From an archaeon (GTDB lineage Archaea > Iainarchaeota > Iainarchaeia > Iainarchaeales > JAAZKV01): DNA of 64,000 nucleotides. Location: the NCBI GenBank assembly GCA_041661245.1, contig JBAZUY010000001.1, positions 294,876-358,875 of the forward strand, written 5' to 3'. Both the position numbers and the translations under genes were made by a program. The notes beneath the pieces were generated by a model, which ran no database searches, was not told the origin of the DNA, and worked only from the letters and a program-made list of their open reading frames with translations. Numbering within the stretch: position 1 is the stretch's first letter; the number at the start of each line of letters is the position of its first letter. This document shows, piece after piece, positions 45,218-54,083 of this stretch.

Positions 45218-46367
45218 CGAATAGCAAACTTAAATGCCCTTTGTTTAAATCAACGGTTGGCTTCTCAAATAAAACCTTTTTCCCAGTTAACTCAGTAACC
45301 ACTCCTGACAAAAACCCACGCATTATTATATAATCTATTTCTTTGTACCACTTTGTCCAAGGAAAGTGGTTAACTAGAACCTTTATTTCAGTACTTGTTG
45401 AAGAAAAAGGAATAACTTCCCCCCAGCCCAAAGCTGAGAGAACATCAAAAACATCTTTCTGATTTTTGCCAAATTGAGATAGGATATTCTTCCCAGTATT
45501 AAATGCAGAGTCAAATAATTGGGCAGAATATTTTTCATTTCCACTATTTTTTAGTTCAAGTTCAAGTATATAAGTCCCACTTACTTCAAATAAAAAAAAT
45601 CTTTTATCCTTGTATTTTACTATTCCCCCTTGATAATCAAAAAACTTAAAGTCCAAGTATGTTTGAAAAGACTTGTTACAACTAGTCTGGGCCTGAGCAT
45701 TAAATTTAACATAATCTTGAAAGTCTTCAAGCAATCCATCTAAACTTGTCTCAGAAAATAATTCCAAATTGGAATAATTATCTTTTAAATAAGTAACTGG
45801 TGCCGCAGTAACTGTCCCCTCATATAACTCCTCTACTTTTTTTACATCATGGAGAACTACTTCAACTGAAGGATCTTGGAATATCCACGCCATCATACCT
45901 GCAGTTCCACCCGTAGCAAAAATATATTCATACCCCAATTTTTCAAAAATTGTAAACTTCTTCAAAGCATAATCCGTCTTTGGAATTTTAGAATCCGTAA
46001 CATGCTCAATACTACTCGCATAGGTTCCTTCAACAAATTTGCTTGTGATAAAGACCCAATCTTTTATCTTATCCCCCGGGTTATCTTTGATATTCTCAAA
46101 TTTTCCAGATTGGGCAAAACGGTACCCAAACTTTTTCCCTATCGAATATAATTTTTGTCGACCCTTGTCACCAAACTTGGAAATTATATTGCTCTCGAAA
46201 TCAACAAAAAACTCCTCTGGATAAAATATTTGACGAGCGTAAATATTGGTCTTCCCAGAGATCTTAAAATCAAGAAACCCTGGTTTGTTAAAAACAAGCG
46301 CGCCTGGAATAACAAATCGTTTTAAGTACATTCCAACAAAGTTATCCTTTAGTGGCACACATAACAC
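45201..46367 (-). CDS. Hypothetical protein with two V4R-like (4-vinyl reductase, hydrophobic-ligand-binding) units
   Basis: KLYSIGKKFGYRFAQSG in the first half. LSALGWGEV...IIMRGFLSGVVTELTGKKV in the second half resembles the V4R pattern. By-eye call only. Confidence 0.4.
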   Translation of the reverse strand: MLCVPLKDNFVGMYLKRFVIPGALVFNKPGFLDFKISGKTNIYARQIFYPEEFFVDFESNIISKFGDKGRQKLYSIGKKFGYRFAQSGKFENIKDNPGDKIKDWVFITSKFVEGTYASSIEHVTDSKIPKTDYALKKFTIFEKLGYEYIFATGGTAGMMAWIFQDPSVEVVLHDVKKVEELYEGTVTAAPVTYLKDNYSNLELFSETSLDGLLEDFQDYVKFNAQAQTSCNKSFQTYLDFKFFDYQGGIVKYKDKRFFLFEVSGTYILELELKNSGNEKYSAQLFDSAFNTGKNILSQFGKNQKDVFDVLSALGWGEVIPFSSTSTEIKVLVNHFPWTKWYKEIDYIIMRGFLSGVVTELTGKKVLFEKPTVDLNKGHLSLLFGGKYV

Positions 46368-46368
46368 C

Positions 46369-47133
46369 TCATAAGATTGTTACTCCCTCTGCTGTGAGGT
46401 CATAAGACTTTAATCCGCCATCCATAGGAGTATATCTCATTTTTCTTATCTCCATATTCCTACTGTTTGAATCTCCAACTGTCATGGACCTTAAACATAT
46501 TACTCCATCAGCAATAAATTCAGAAACCCCATCTGCACTCAAAGTCCTTTGGTCTTCAGGAAGTTCAGTTGTTAACATTGAAGTAATATTAAATTTCTTT
46601 ATTTCTTTAAACAATTTGTAAAGAATACTTTTGCTTATGATTTGTTCAGTTCTTGGGATTGGATTTACTGTTTCTGCAATTTGAACCATGGAGAATCCAT
46701 TATCTTCTCCAATTCCTGCAACCATTAATGAATCAGTCAAAGTAGTTAATGAATCAATGATTAGTCTCTTTGGTTTAAACTCTTGAACTAGTTTGTTAAG
46801 CTCTTCAAGAAAACTTCCACCACTAGTGATATCAAAGTAAACAATTTTAATCAAATTTCTTTGTTCTAAGTCTGATAATTTCCAATTAAACCCATTAGCT
46901 TGTTTGTAAAGTTCTTCCCTTGTTTGTTCTGTTGAAACATAAAGTCCTTTTTCTCCGAAAAGTGCAGCTCCGTTGATTAAGTATTGTAAACAAAAAGTTG
47001 ATTTTCCGGTTCCTGCTCCACCAGAAATTAGAACCGTGTTTCCTTGAGGAAAACCCCCATTTAGGGCTTTATCTAGACCTTGTATACCAGTCTTTGTTCG
47101 AATAACTTCTTCAATAGCCATTTTAATCTGCAA
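46369..47133 (-). CDS. KaiC/RadA-like single-domain RecA-superfamily ATPase
   Basis: GIQGLDKALNGGFPQGNTVLISGGAGTGKSTF (Walker A) and RLIIDSLT (Walker B). The likely start is the ATG at 47121 (MAIEE). Confidence 0.8.
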   Translation of the reverse strand: MQIKMAIEEVIRTKTGIQGLDKALNGGFPQGNTVLISGGAGTGKSTFCLQYLINGAALFGEKGLYVSTEQTREELYKQANGFNWKLSDLEQRNLIKIVYFDITSGGSFLEELNKLVQEFKPKRLIIDSLTTLTDSLMVAGIGEDNGFSMVQIAETVNPIPRTEQIISKSILYKLFKEIKKFNITSMLTTELPEDQRTLSADGVSEFIADGVICLRSMTVGDSNSRNMEIRKMRYTPMDGGLKSYDLTAEGVTIL

Positions 47134-47186
47134 TATAGAACGAAAAACTAGTATTTAAAGATGACTAGGGGGTTAACTTGAAAGAA

Positions 47187-47585
47187 TTACTTGAACCTTA
47201 TCTCAATTGAATCAATTTTTGGTTCAATGAATGTTTTTGTTCCTTTCTTTTTCTTTTCAATTGCGCCGTGTTTCTCAAGAATAGACAAATCTCTGCTTAT
47301 TGCTTCTTGCTTACGACCTGTTAGTTCTGTTAACTCCGAAACGCATGCCCTTGGCTCATACTCAAGAATTTGTTTCAATAAGTGCATTCTTTCAGGAGAT
47401 ATTACTTCCATTGCTTCTTTAGCATTTTTTACATAAATTGTATGGGTGTTAGGTCTGCGCTTTGAAGGATTGTACCACGCTTGACGCATGTCCTCCACCA
47501 TATTGCCCCCAATCTTGATTATTAATTGTCTCACACCATCACCATACATATAACCACCAATGTTATATTTAATATTATCCATCAA
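47187..47585 (-). CDS. HTH antitoxin-like protein (TumA / HVO_A0114-like)
   Basis: ISPERMHLLKQILEYEPRACVSELTELTGRKQEAISRDLSILEKHGAIE. Overlaps the upstream partner by 11 nt. Confidence 0.5.
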   Translation of the reverse strand: MMDNIKYNIGGYMYGDGVRQLIIKIGGNMVEDMRQAWYNPSKRRPNTHTIYVKNAKEAMEVISPERMHLLKQILEYEPRACVSELTELTGRKQEAISRDLSILEKHGAIEKKKKGTKTFIEPKIDSIEIRFK

Positions 47586-47895
47586 AAAAGGCTATTTTAT
47601 ATTTGAACCATTTTTCTCTAAGTTCTGCAATGCACCACTCAACTGTATTAAAATCTAATTCCATTTGAATATACTGTTTTTCTTTTTTCCCAGAAGCAAA
47701 GAACTTATGGATGTGAAAAGCTTCCTTTTGACTGGAATCAAAACGAATAATTTCAAGCGCTCCGCTTTCTTTTTTAGATAAATAAACAACGGCAAAATCA
47801 AATAAGTTGCCTGATTCAGAATCATAAGAAAAATTTACTACACAAACATCGTCTTTTCCAAAAAGGGCTTCTTCAAACACTTCCTTTGTAATCAT
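47575..47895 (-). CDS. TumE-like (DUF6516-type) toxin candidate
   Basis: 106 aa. IIRFDSSQKEAFHIHKF resembles the rYD..pH.HkH core of that family. The call is also supported by pairing with the HTH gene. Confidence 0.45.
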   Translation of the reverse strand: MITKEVFEEALFGKDDVCVVNFSYDSESGNLFDFAVVYLSKKESGALEIIRFDSSQKEAFHIHKFFASGKKEKQYIQMELDFNTVEWCIAELREKWFKYKIAFFDG

Positions 47896-48017
47896 AAAAA
47901 AGCGTTTGAAACTTGATTATTTAAAGACACAGTTAGTTTTCGTCAATTGACTTAAGAAAAAGTAGAAAAAAACTACAAAATTCATATTCAGAAGAGTATT
48001 GAAAATACGAATAGAAT

Positions 48018-49508
48018 TTATTTCTGTTCTTCAACTTTCTTTTCAGGTCTCATTTGTGGGAAGAAGATTACATCCCTAATTGTAGAAGAGTTTGTCAAAA
48101 TCATTACGATTCTATCAATTCCAAGCCCAAGTCCTGCTGCGGGAGGCATTCCGTATCCGATTGCATCCAAGAAGTCATCATCAAGTTGATGGTTTTCTCC
48201 TTTTGCTTTTCCTTGATCTTTTTGTTCTTCGAAGAATTGTCTTTGTAATATTGGATCATTTAATTCTGAGTATGCATTACACAATTCATTTCCGTTAATG
48301 TAACATTCTGTTCTTTCAATTAAAAGTTCTTTATCCTCTCGTGAAGGTTTACATAAAGGAGTTGTTTCTTTAGGATATTCTGTAACCCAAGTTGGTTGCA
48401 TTAATTCTGCTTCGCAAAAGTGTTCAAATAATTCTGCAACAACAAGACCCCATTTCTTTGAATCCGCATCAATTTCCACTTTCTCAGTTCTTGCAATATC
48501 AAGTAATTCTTCAAGAGTCAAAGTTTTTACCGCTTTACCGAGTTTTTCGCTTAATGCATCAAGCATTTTGATTCTCTTCCATGGAGCTTTAAGATCAATT
48601 TCGTTTCCTTCATAAAGAACTTTAGTTGAACCATTTACTTTTAATGCAACATACTCAATTAACTCTTCAGTTAATTTCATTATATCATTTAAATCAGCAT
48701 AAGACCAATAATATTCACACTCAGTAAATTCAGGGTTGTGAGTTTTATCTACATCTTCATTTCTAAAGTTTTTACAAATAGTATAAACTTTTTCATATCC
48801 GCCAACTAATAATCTTTTCAAATAAAGTTCTGGAGAAATTGTTAAATAAAAATTTGATTTCCAAGCATAAGACATAGTAGTAAATGGTCTTGCACTAGCC
48901 CCCCCATAATTTGGTTGAAGGGTTGGAATTTCTACTTCTAAAAATCCTTTAGAATCTAAATATTCTCTCCAAGCAGAAATAATTTTTGATCTTTTTACAA
49001 AAATATCCCTAGTTTCTGGATTCATTATTAAATCCAAATATCTTTTTCTTTGTCTAATTTCAATATCCTGTAGTCCATGGAACTTTTCTGGCAAGGGAAG
49101 AATAGATTTACATAAAACTTCTAAAGAATCAACTAAAATAGATAACTCTCCTCTTTGAGTTCTATAAACTTTTCCTTTAGTTCCAACAATATCCCCTAAA
49201 TCAATCATGTCAAGTAAAGTAAAAACTTCATCAGGAGTATCTCCTTTTTTTAAGAAAAATTGAATCATTCCTTTTGCATCAGCAACTTTTAGGAATGCAA
49301 TTGCACCAAAACTCCTCTTTGCCATTACTCTTCCTGCAATATTAAACTCAGGCCCTTTTTCTTCATTTTTTAGTGAAACAAAATCTTTTTGTAAATCCGC
49401 TGAATAAGAAGTAGTTTCAAACTTGTAAGGATAGGGATTAATTCCTTTATCTACCAATTTTTGCAAATTATCTTTCTTTGCCTTTACAAGATCGTTTTCC
49501 ATAAACAA
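48018..49508 (-). CDS. lysS: Lysyl-tRNA synthetase, class II
   Basis: OB-fold N-domain, FRNEDVDKTHNPEFTECEYY (motif 2) and GLGLGIDRIVMILT (motif 3). Confidence 0.92.
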   Translation of the reverse strand: MFMENDLVKAKKDNLQKLVDKGINPYPYKFETTSYSADLQKDFVSLKNEEKGPEFNIAGRVMAKRSFGAIAFLKVADAKGMIQFFLKKGDTPDEVFTLLDMIDLGDIVGTKGKVYRTQRGELSILVDSLEVLCKSILPLPEKFHGLQDIEIRQRKRYLDLIMNPETRDIFVKRSKIISAWREYLDSKGFLEVEIPTLQPNYGGASARPFTTMSYAWKSNFYLTISPELYLKRLLVGGYEKVYTICKNFRNEDVDKTHNPEFTECEYYWSYADLNDIMKLTEELIEYVALKVNGSTKVLYEGNEIDLKAPWKRIKMLDALSEKLGKAVKTLTLEELLDIARTEKVEIDADSKKWGLVVAELFEHFCEAELMQPTWVTEYPKETTPLCKPSREDKELLIERTECYINGNELCNAYSELNDPILQRQFFEEQKDQGKAKGENHQLDDDFLDAIGYGMPPAAGLGLGIDRIVMILTNSSTIRDVIFFPQMRPEKKVEEQK

Positions 49509-49587
49509 CTTCCCTAACGTTTAATTAAAAAAGGTTGGCAAAAGCCCTCCAGAAACATTATTAAGGAACTTGAAAGAATAGTATTTT

Positions 49588-50454
49588 ATGAGCCCCTCAA
49601 AAAGAAGAGTAAACGTAGCAGCCAATTCAAACAGGTCTTTATTTGAGACACTCAAAAGTCGACTCACTCCTGATGAAGTACGCGCACTCAACCAGCAATT
49701 CGTTAGAGTTGCAAGAATCAATAGGGGCGCTCAAAAAGGAATTTTTCTAAACCCTGAAAATAGCAAAATTGATTCAGATACAATGAAACGTGTTCATGCT
49801 CGATGGGAAAAAAGAGCAGGCGCCCCAGTGATTGGCGCAGATTATCTGTTGTATAAGAAAAAAGGAAAAATGCAACCACGAAGGATCCAGTCTCAAGAAG
49901 TAGCCATTAGATTTGCTTTAAAAGATTTAATTGCAAATACAATTCACTTAAAACCATCCCTTATTGAAAAACACATCTTGGAAGAATTAATCCTCTCTCA
50001 CCCGCATAGAAAATTCCCAGGAACCTCAATTGCCCCAAAAATGAAAGCGGACATATTACTTATGCGACTACTAAACAACTCAAGTTCTGCAAGAGCTAGA
50101 GAACTAGTAGAGGCAATTTCCAATCGAGCAATTAAGATTCAGAAATTAGCGCAATCAAAAGAAGTGTATTCTAACACAAAAAGTGATTCATTCATTAACA
50201 TTGGATCCAGAATTGGCGGGCTTATTACCCAACTTGAATTAGAACTTGGAGATCATCGATTCACAAAAGACTCTGCACACGCTTTCGCAAAAAGAATACA
50301 AACCCAAATACAACAAAGAGAAGAAGAAAGAAGACAACTAGCACACATGAAAGAACTAGAACATAGAAAAGGAATACTCCGTGAAGTAGATGCCGAACTT
50401 AATAAAGCACGAGAAGACCTTACAACATTTAAGGAAAAACATCACATCCAATAA
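49588..50454 (+). CDS. Hypothetical basic protein
   Basis: 288-aa ORF with no recognisable motif and a C-terminal coiled coil. Confidence 0.4.
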   Translation: MSPSKRRVNVAANSNRSLFETLKSRLTPDEVRALNQQFVRVARINRGAQKGIFLNPENSKIDSDTMKRVHARWEKRAGAPVIGADYLLYKKKGKMQPRRIQSQEVAIRFALKDLIANTIHLKPSLIEKHILEELILSHPHRKFPGTSIAPKMKADILLMRLLNNSSSARARELVEAISNRAIKIQKLAQSKEVYSNTKSDSFINIGSRIGGLITQLELELGDHRFTKDSAHAFAKRIQTQIQQREEERRQLAHMKELEHRKGILREVDAELNKAREDLTTFKEKHHIQ

Positions 50455-50522
50455 ATTGCCAAAATCAAATCACAAACACCAATTTAAGCTATACAAATTA
50501 TTACACCTAAATCAAAATAGGC

Positions 50523-50530
50523 TTTATAAA
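50523..50530 (+). promoter_or_regulatory. TATA box (TTTATAAA) of the trp operon promoter
   Basis: This is the only strong TATA-like octamer in the 328-nt intergenic region. It lies about 25 nt upstream of the ATG at 50553. Confidence 0.4.
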
Positions 50531-50552
50531 GGTCACAAGCACTAGTGTTATT

Positions 50553-50588
50553 ATGAAACATTTATTTGTCTGGAGTCCTTTCATCTAA
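50553..50588 (+). CDS. Candidate leaderless trp leader peptide MKHLFVWSPFI (11 codons)
   Basis: Own reading: ATG AAA CAT TTA TTT GTC TGG AGT CCT TTC ATC TAA. The Trp codon sits inside a segment that can pair with 50613..50625. Confidence 0.35.
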   Translation: MKHLFVWSPFI

Positions 50589-50782
50589 TTTAATTAGGCT
50601 CACCAAGCGAGTACTCCAGGCAAATTATAACATTTTTATTTCAACTTACCTCCAAACAGGCGTTTTTAAGTCTAATTCTCATCCAAATATATTTGTCTGG
50701 TGGCAGTAATAAGCCTCTAAAAATAAGGTTTTATTAGGAAAAATTAATTTTAAAAAAGGATAAAATTAAGGGGATGGATTAA

Positions 50783-52069
50783 ATGAAAACAGAGAATAAG
50801 AAAGAAAGTGAATTAAGTAAAAAAGTGATAATGCTTACCAAGGAAGAGATTCCAACACACTATTATAATGTGCTAGCGGATTTACCTTTTCCATTACCAA
50901 TGCCACAAGGAGATTTAGAAATACTGGGCAAAATATTTCCTCAAGAAATACTCGGACAAGAAATGAGTCAAGAAAAATTTATTCCAATCCCTGATGAAGT
51001 AAGAGAGATTTATGCAAAAATAGGACGACCAACTCCATTACAAAGAGCAGATAGACTTGAAAAAGCACTTGGAACAAATTGTAAAATATTTTTCAAAAGA
51101 GAAGACACTACATTACAAGGAAGTCACAAAATTAATACTGCACTGGCACAAGCCTATTATATCAAAAAAGCAGGTTACAAAAATGTTACAACAGAAACAG
51201 GAGCAGGACAATGGGGATGCGCACTTTCACTTGCATCAAAATTCTTTGGATTAAACTGTACGGTTTACCAAGTAAAATGCAGTTATGAACAAAAACCTGC
51301 AAGAAGAACAATAATGAAATTATTTGGAGCAAAAGTAATTGCAAGTCCAAGTGACACTACAAAAATTGGAAGAGAAATGCAAAAAAAATTCCCAAACACT
51401 TCTGGATCATTAGGAATGGCTATTGCAGAAGCTGTTGAAGTTGCAAAAGAAAGAGAAGACACAGTATACAGTTTAGGAAGCGTACTAAACCACGTACTAT
51501 TACACCAAACAATAATTGGACAAGAAGTAAAAAAGCAACTTGAAAAAATCGGAGAAAAAGCAGATGTTATTATTGCATGCGTTGGAGGAGGAAGTAACTT
51601 CGGAGGAATCGCATTCCCTTTCATCCCGGATGTACTCAAAGGAGAAAAAATTGAAATTATTGCAGTTGAACCAAGTGAAGTGCCAAGTATGACAAAAGGA
51701 GAATACAAATTTGATTATGGAGACACAGGAAAACAAACTCCATTACTAAAAATGTACACTCTTGGAGCGGATTATGTTCCCGAAGCAATATACGCTGGAG
51801 GATTAAGATACCACGGAATGTCTCCAATTGTTTCCCTGCTATTTGACCACAAATTAATCAAAGCAGTTTCCCATACTCAAAAAGAATGCTTTGAAGCAGC
51901 AAAATTATTTGCAGAAACAGAAGGAATAATTGCAGCACCAGAATCAAGCCATGCACTAAAAGAAGCAATTGAACAAGCAAAGAAAAATAATGGAAAAACA
52001 ATTGTATTCAATTTATCCGGAAATGGGATATTGGATTTAAGTGCATATGAAAAAGTATTGGAATTGTAA
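50783..52069 (+). CDS. trpB2: Tryptophan synthase beta chain, TrpB2 (long) type
   Basis: EDTTLQGSHKINTALAQAYY, TETGAGQWG and GGGSNFGG. 428 aa with an N-terminal extension. Confidence 0.9.
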   Translation: MKTENKKESELSKKVIMLTKEEIPTHYYNVLADLPFPLPMPQGDLEILGKIFPQEILGQEMSQEKFIPIPDEVREIYAKIGRPTPLQRADRLEKALGTNCKIFFKREDTTLQGSHKINTALAQAYYIKKAGYKNVTTETGAGQWGCALSLASKFFGLNCTVYQVKCSYEQKPARRTIMKLFGAKVIASPSDTTKIGREMQKKFPNTSGSLGMAIAEAVEVAKEREDTVYSLGSVLNHVLLHQTIIGQEVKKQLEKIGEKADVIIACVGGGSNFGGIAFPFIPDVLKGEKIEIIAVEPSEVPSMTKGEYKFDYGDTGKQTPLLKMYTLGADYVPEAIYAGGLRYHGMSPIVSLLFDHKLIKAVSHTQKECFEAAKLFAETEGIIAAPESSHALKEAIEQAKKNNGKTIVFNLSGNGILDLSAYEKVLEL

Positions 52070-52125
52070 AAAAAGAATAAATAATCAAAAGTAAAGTGGA
52101 AAGAAATAATTAATGAAAAACGGAA

Positions 52126-53313
52126 GTGAATGAAGATATGGAAAAAAATATTTTTGATACAAAGAACACACGCTTTGGAGAATTTGGCGGACAATTCATC
52201 CCCGAAATGATGATGCCTGCACAAAAAGCTCTTGAGGAAGCATTCAACAAATACGCATTCACTTCAGAGTTTCAAAAAGAACTAGATTATTTACTAAAAG
52301 AATTCGCAGGAAGAGAAACCCCCCTCTATTTTGCAGAAAATATGTCAAAAGATATTGGATGCAAAGTTTACCTAAAAAGAGAAGATCTCTTACACAGTGG
52401 AGCACACAAAATAAATAACGCACTCGGACAAGCCCTACTTGCAAAAAAAATGGGTAAAAAAGAAATCATTGCAGAAACAGGAGCAGGACAACACGGAGTA
52501 GCAACAGCAATTGTTGGAGCACTATTCAAAATCCCTGTAAAAGTATTCATGGGAGAAATTGATGTAAAAAGACAAGCACTAAATGTTTACCGAATGAAAC
52601 TATTTGGAGCAGAAGTAATTTCAGTAACAAGCGGAAGCAAAACTCTAAAAGATGCTGGAAACGAAGCAATGAGATATTATTTAGCAAACGTAGAAACTTG
52701 TTATTATTTAATAGGAAGCGCAGTAGGACCACACCCTTATCCAAAAATAGTTCAACACTTCCAAAAAGTAATTGGAAAAGAAATTAAAGAACAAATACTT
52801 GCAAAAGAAAAAAAACTTCCCAGTGTTATTGTTGCATGCATTGGAGGAGGATCAAACGCAATAGGAGCATTTGATAATTTCCTAAATGATAAAAGCGTTA
52901 AACTTGTTGGAATTGAAGCCGGGGGAAACGGAGTAAAACATGGAAAAACACTTGGAGAAGGAACAATCGGAATTTTCCAAGGAAGCAAATCATATTTACT
53001 TCAAACAAAAGACGGACAAGTATGCGAAGCGCACAGTATTTCAGCTGGACTTGATTATCCGGGAGTCGGCCCAGTACACAGTTTCCTAAAAGATAGCAAA
53101 AGAGGAACTTACGAAAGCGCAACAGATGATGAAGCAGTAAAAGCACTTAGATACTTGTGCAAAATGGAAGGAATTTTACCAGCACTAGAATCCTCACACG
53201 CAATTGCATATGTTTTACGAAACAAAGGAAAATTCAAAAAAGAGGACATTGTTGTAATTAACCTCTCAGGAAGAGGAGACAAAGATGTTAATCAATTATT
53301 AGAGGTGGAATAA
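52126..53313 (+). CDS. trpB: Tryptophan synthase beta chain, TrpB1 type
   Basis: FGEFGGQFIPE, HSGAHKINNALGQ, TGAGQHG and GGGSNAIG. Confidence 0.93.
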   Translation: MNEDMEKNIFDTKNTRFGEFGGQFIPEMMMPAQKALEEAFNKYAFTSEFQKELDYLLKEFAGRETPLYFAENMSKDIGCKVYLKREDLLHSGAHKINNALGQALLAKKMGKKEIIAETGAGQHGVATAIVGALFKIPVKVFMGEIDVKRQALNVYRMKLFGAEVISVTSGSKTLKDAGNEAMRYYLANVETCYYLIGSAVGPHPYPKIVQHFQKVIGKEIKEQILAKEKKLPSVIVACIGGGSNAIGAFDNFLNDKSVKLVGIEAGGNGVKHGKTLGEGTIGIFQGSKSYLLQTKDGQVCEAHSISAGLDYPGVGPVHSFLKDSKRGTYESATDDEAVKALRYLCKMEGILPALESSHAIAYVLRNKGKFKKEDIVVINLSGRGDKDVNQLLEVE

Positions 53314-54083
53314 TGTTTAAGAGCAAAGTTTTCATGCCATTCGCAGTACTTGGAGACCCCAACTATGAAGAATCACTAAAAATAATTCAAGGATTTGTAA
53401 AAAATGGAGCAGGAGCACTAGAACTTGGATTTGCATTTAGTGACCCAATCGCAGATGGACCAATAATACAAAAAGCAAATAATCGGGCACTAGAAAATGG
53501 AATCACTACAAAGAAAGCATTTGAAATAATTGAAAAAGTGAGAAAAGACACAAGTATTCCAATTAGCGTAATGTTAAGTTACAACATTGTTTACAACTAT
53601 GGAGTAGAAAACTTTTACAAAAAATGCGCAGAACTAAAAGTAGATGGAGTCCTTTGCCCGGATGTACCCCTTGAGGAAGCGGAAGAATTAATTGAACTTT
53701 CAAAAAAATACAAACTCGCACAAATATTCATTGTATCCCCAACTACAACAAAAGAAAGAATGGGACTACTCAACAAATACGCAAGCGGATACACCTACAT
53801 GGTTTCTCTACTTGGAACAACAGGAGTAAAAACAGAACTAAACACACAACTCCCAGCAATGATAAAACTTTGTAAAAAAGAAATGAAACTCCCACTCTAC
53901 GTAGGATTTGGAATAAGTAAGCCAGAACACGCAGCTAACGTAATAAAACTAGGCGCTGACGGAGCAATAAGCGGATCAGCTATTTGTAAAATAGTTGAAG
54001 AAAACTTAACTAATCCCAAAGAAATGCAAGCAAAGATCAACAAATTTTGCAAAGAAATGAGTGAGGCCGTAAAGAATGCCTGA
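53313..54083 (+). CDS. trpA: Tryptophan synthase alpha chain
   Basis: LELGFAFSDPIADGPIIQKA and GFGISKPEH. The ATG overlaps the trpB stop. Confidence 0.9.
   Translation: MFKSKVFMPFAVLGDPNYEESLKIIQGFVKNGAGALELGFAFSDPIADGPIIQKANNRALENGITTKKAFEIIEKVRKDTSIPISVMLSYNIVYNYGVENFYKKCAELKVDGVLCPDVPLEEAEELIELSKKYKLAQIFIVSPTTTKERMGLLNKYASGYTYMVSLLGTTGVKTELNTQLPAMIKLCKKEMKLPLYVGFGISKPEHAANVIKLGADGAISGSAICKIVEENLTNPKEMQAKINKFCKEMSEAVKNA

Noticed and set aside
48018-49508. Class II LysRS as evidence of horizontal transfer into an archaeon
   Set aside because: The class I versus class II distribution among archaeal lineages is patchy and I cannot place this sequence phylogenetically without tools. Noted but not claimed.
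50553-50782. TRAP-type (G/U)AG repeat array, T-box or TrpY TGTACA boxes in the trp leader
   Set aside because: I found no series of regularly spaced GAG/TAG triplets, no T-box specifier or antiterminator consensus, and no TGTACA box by eye.
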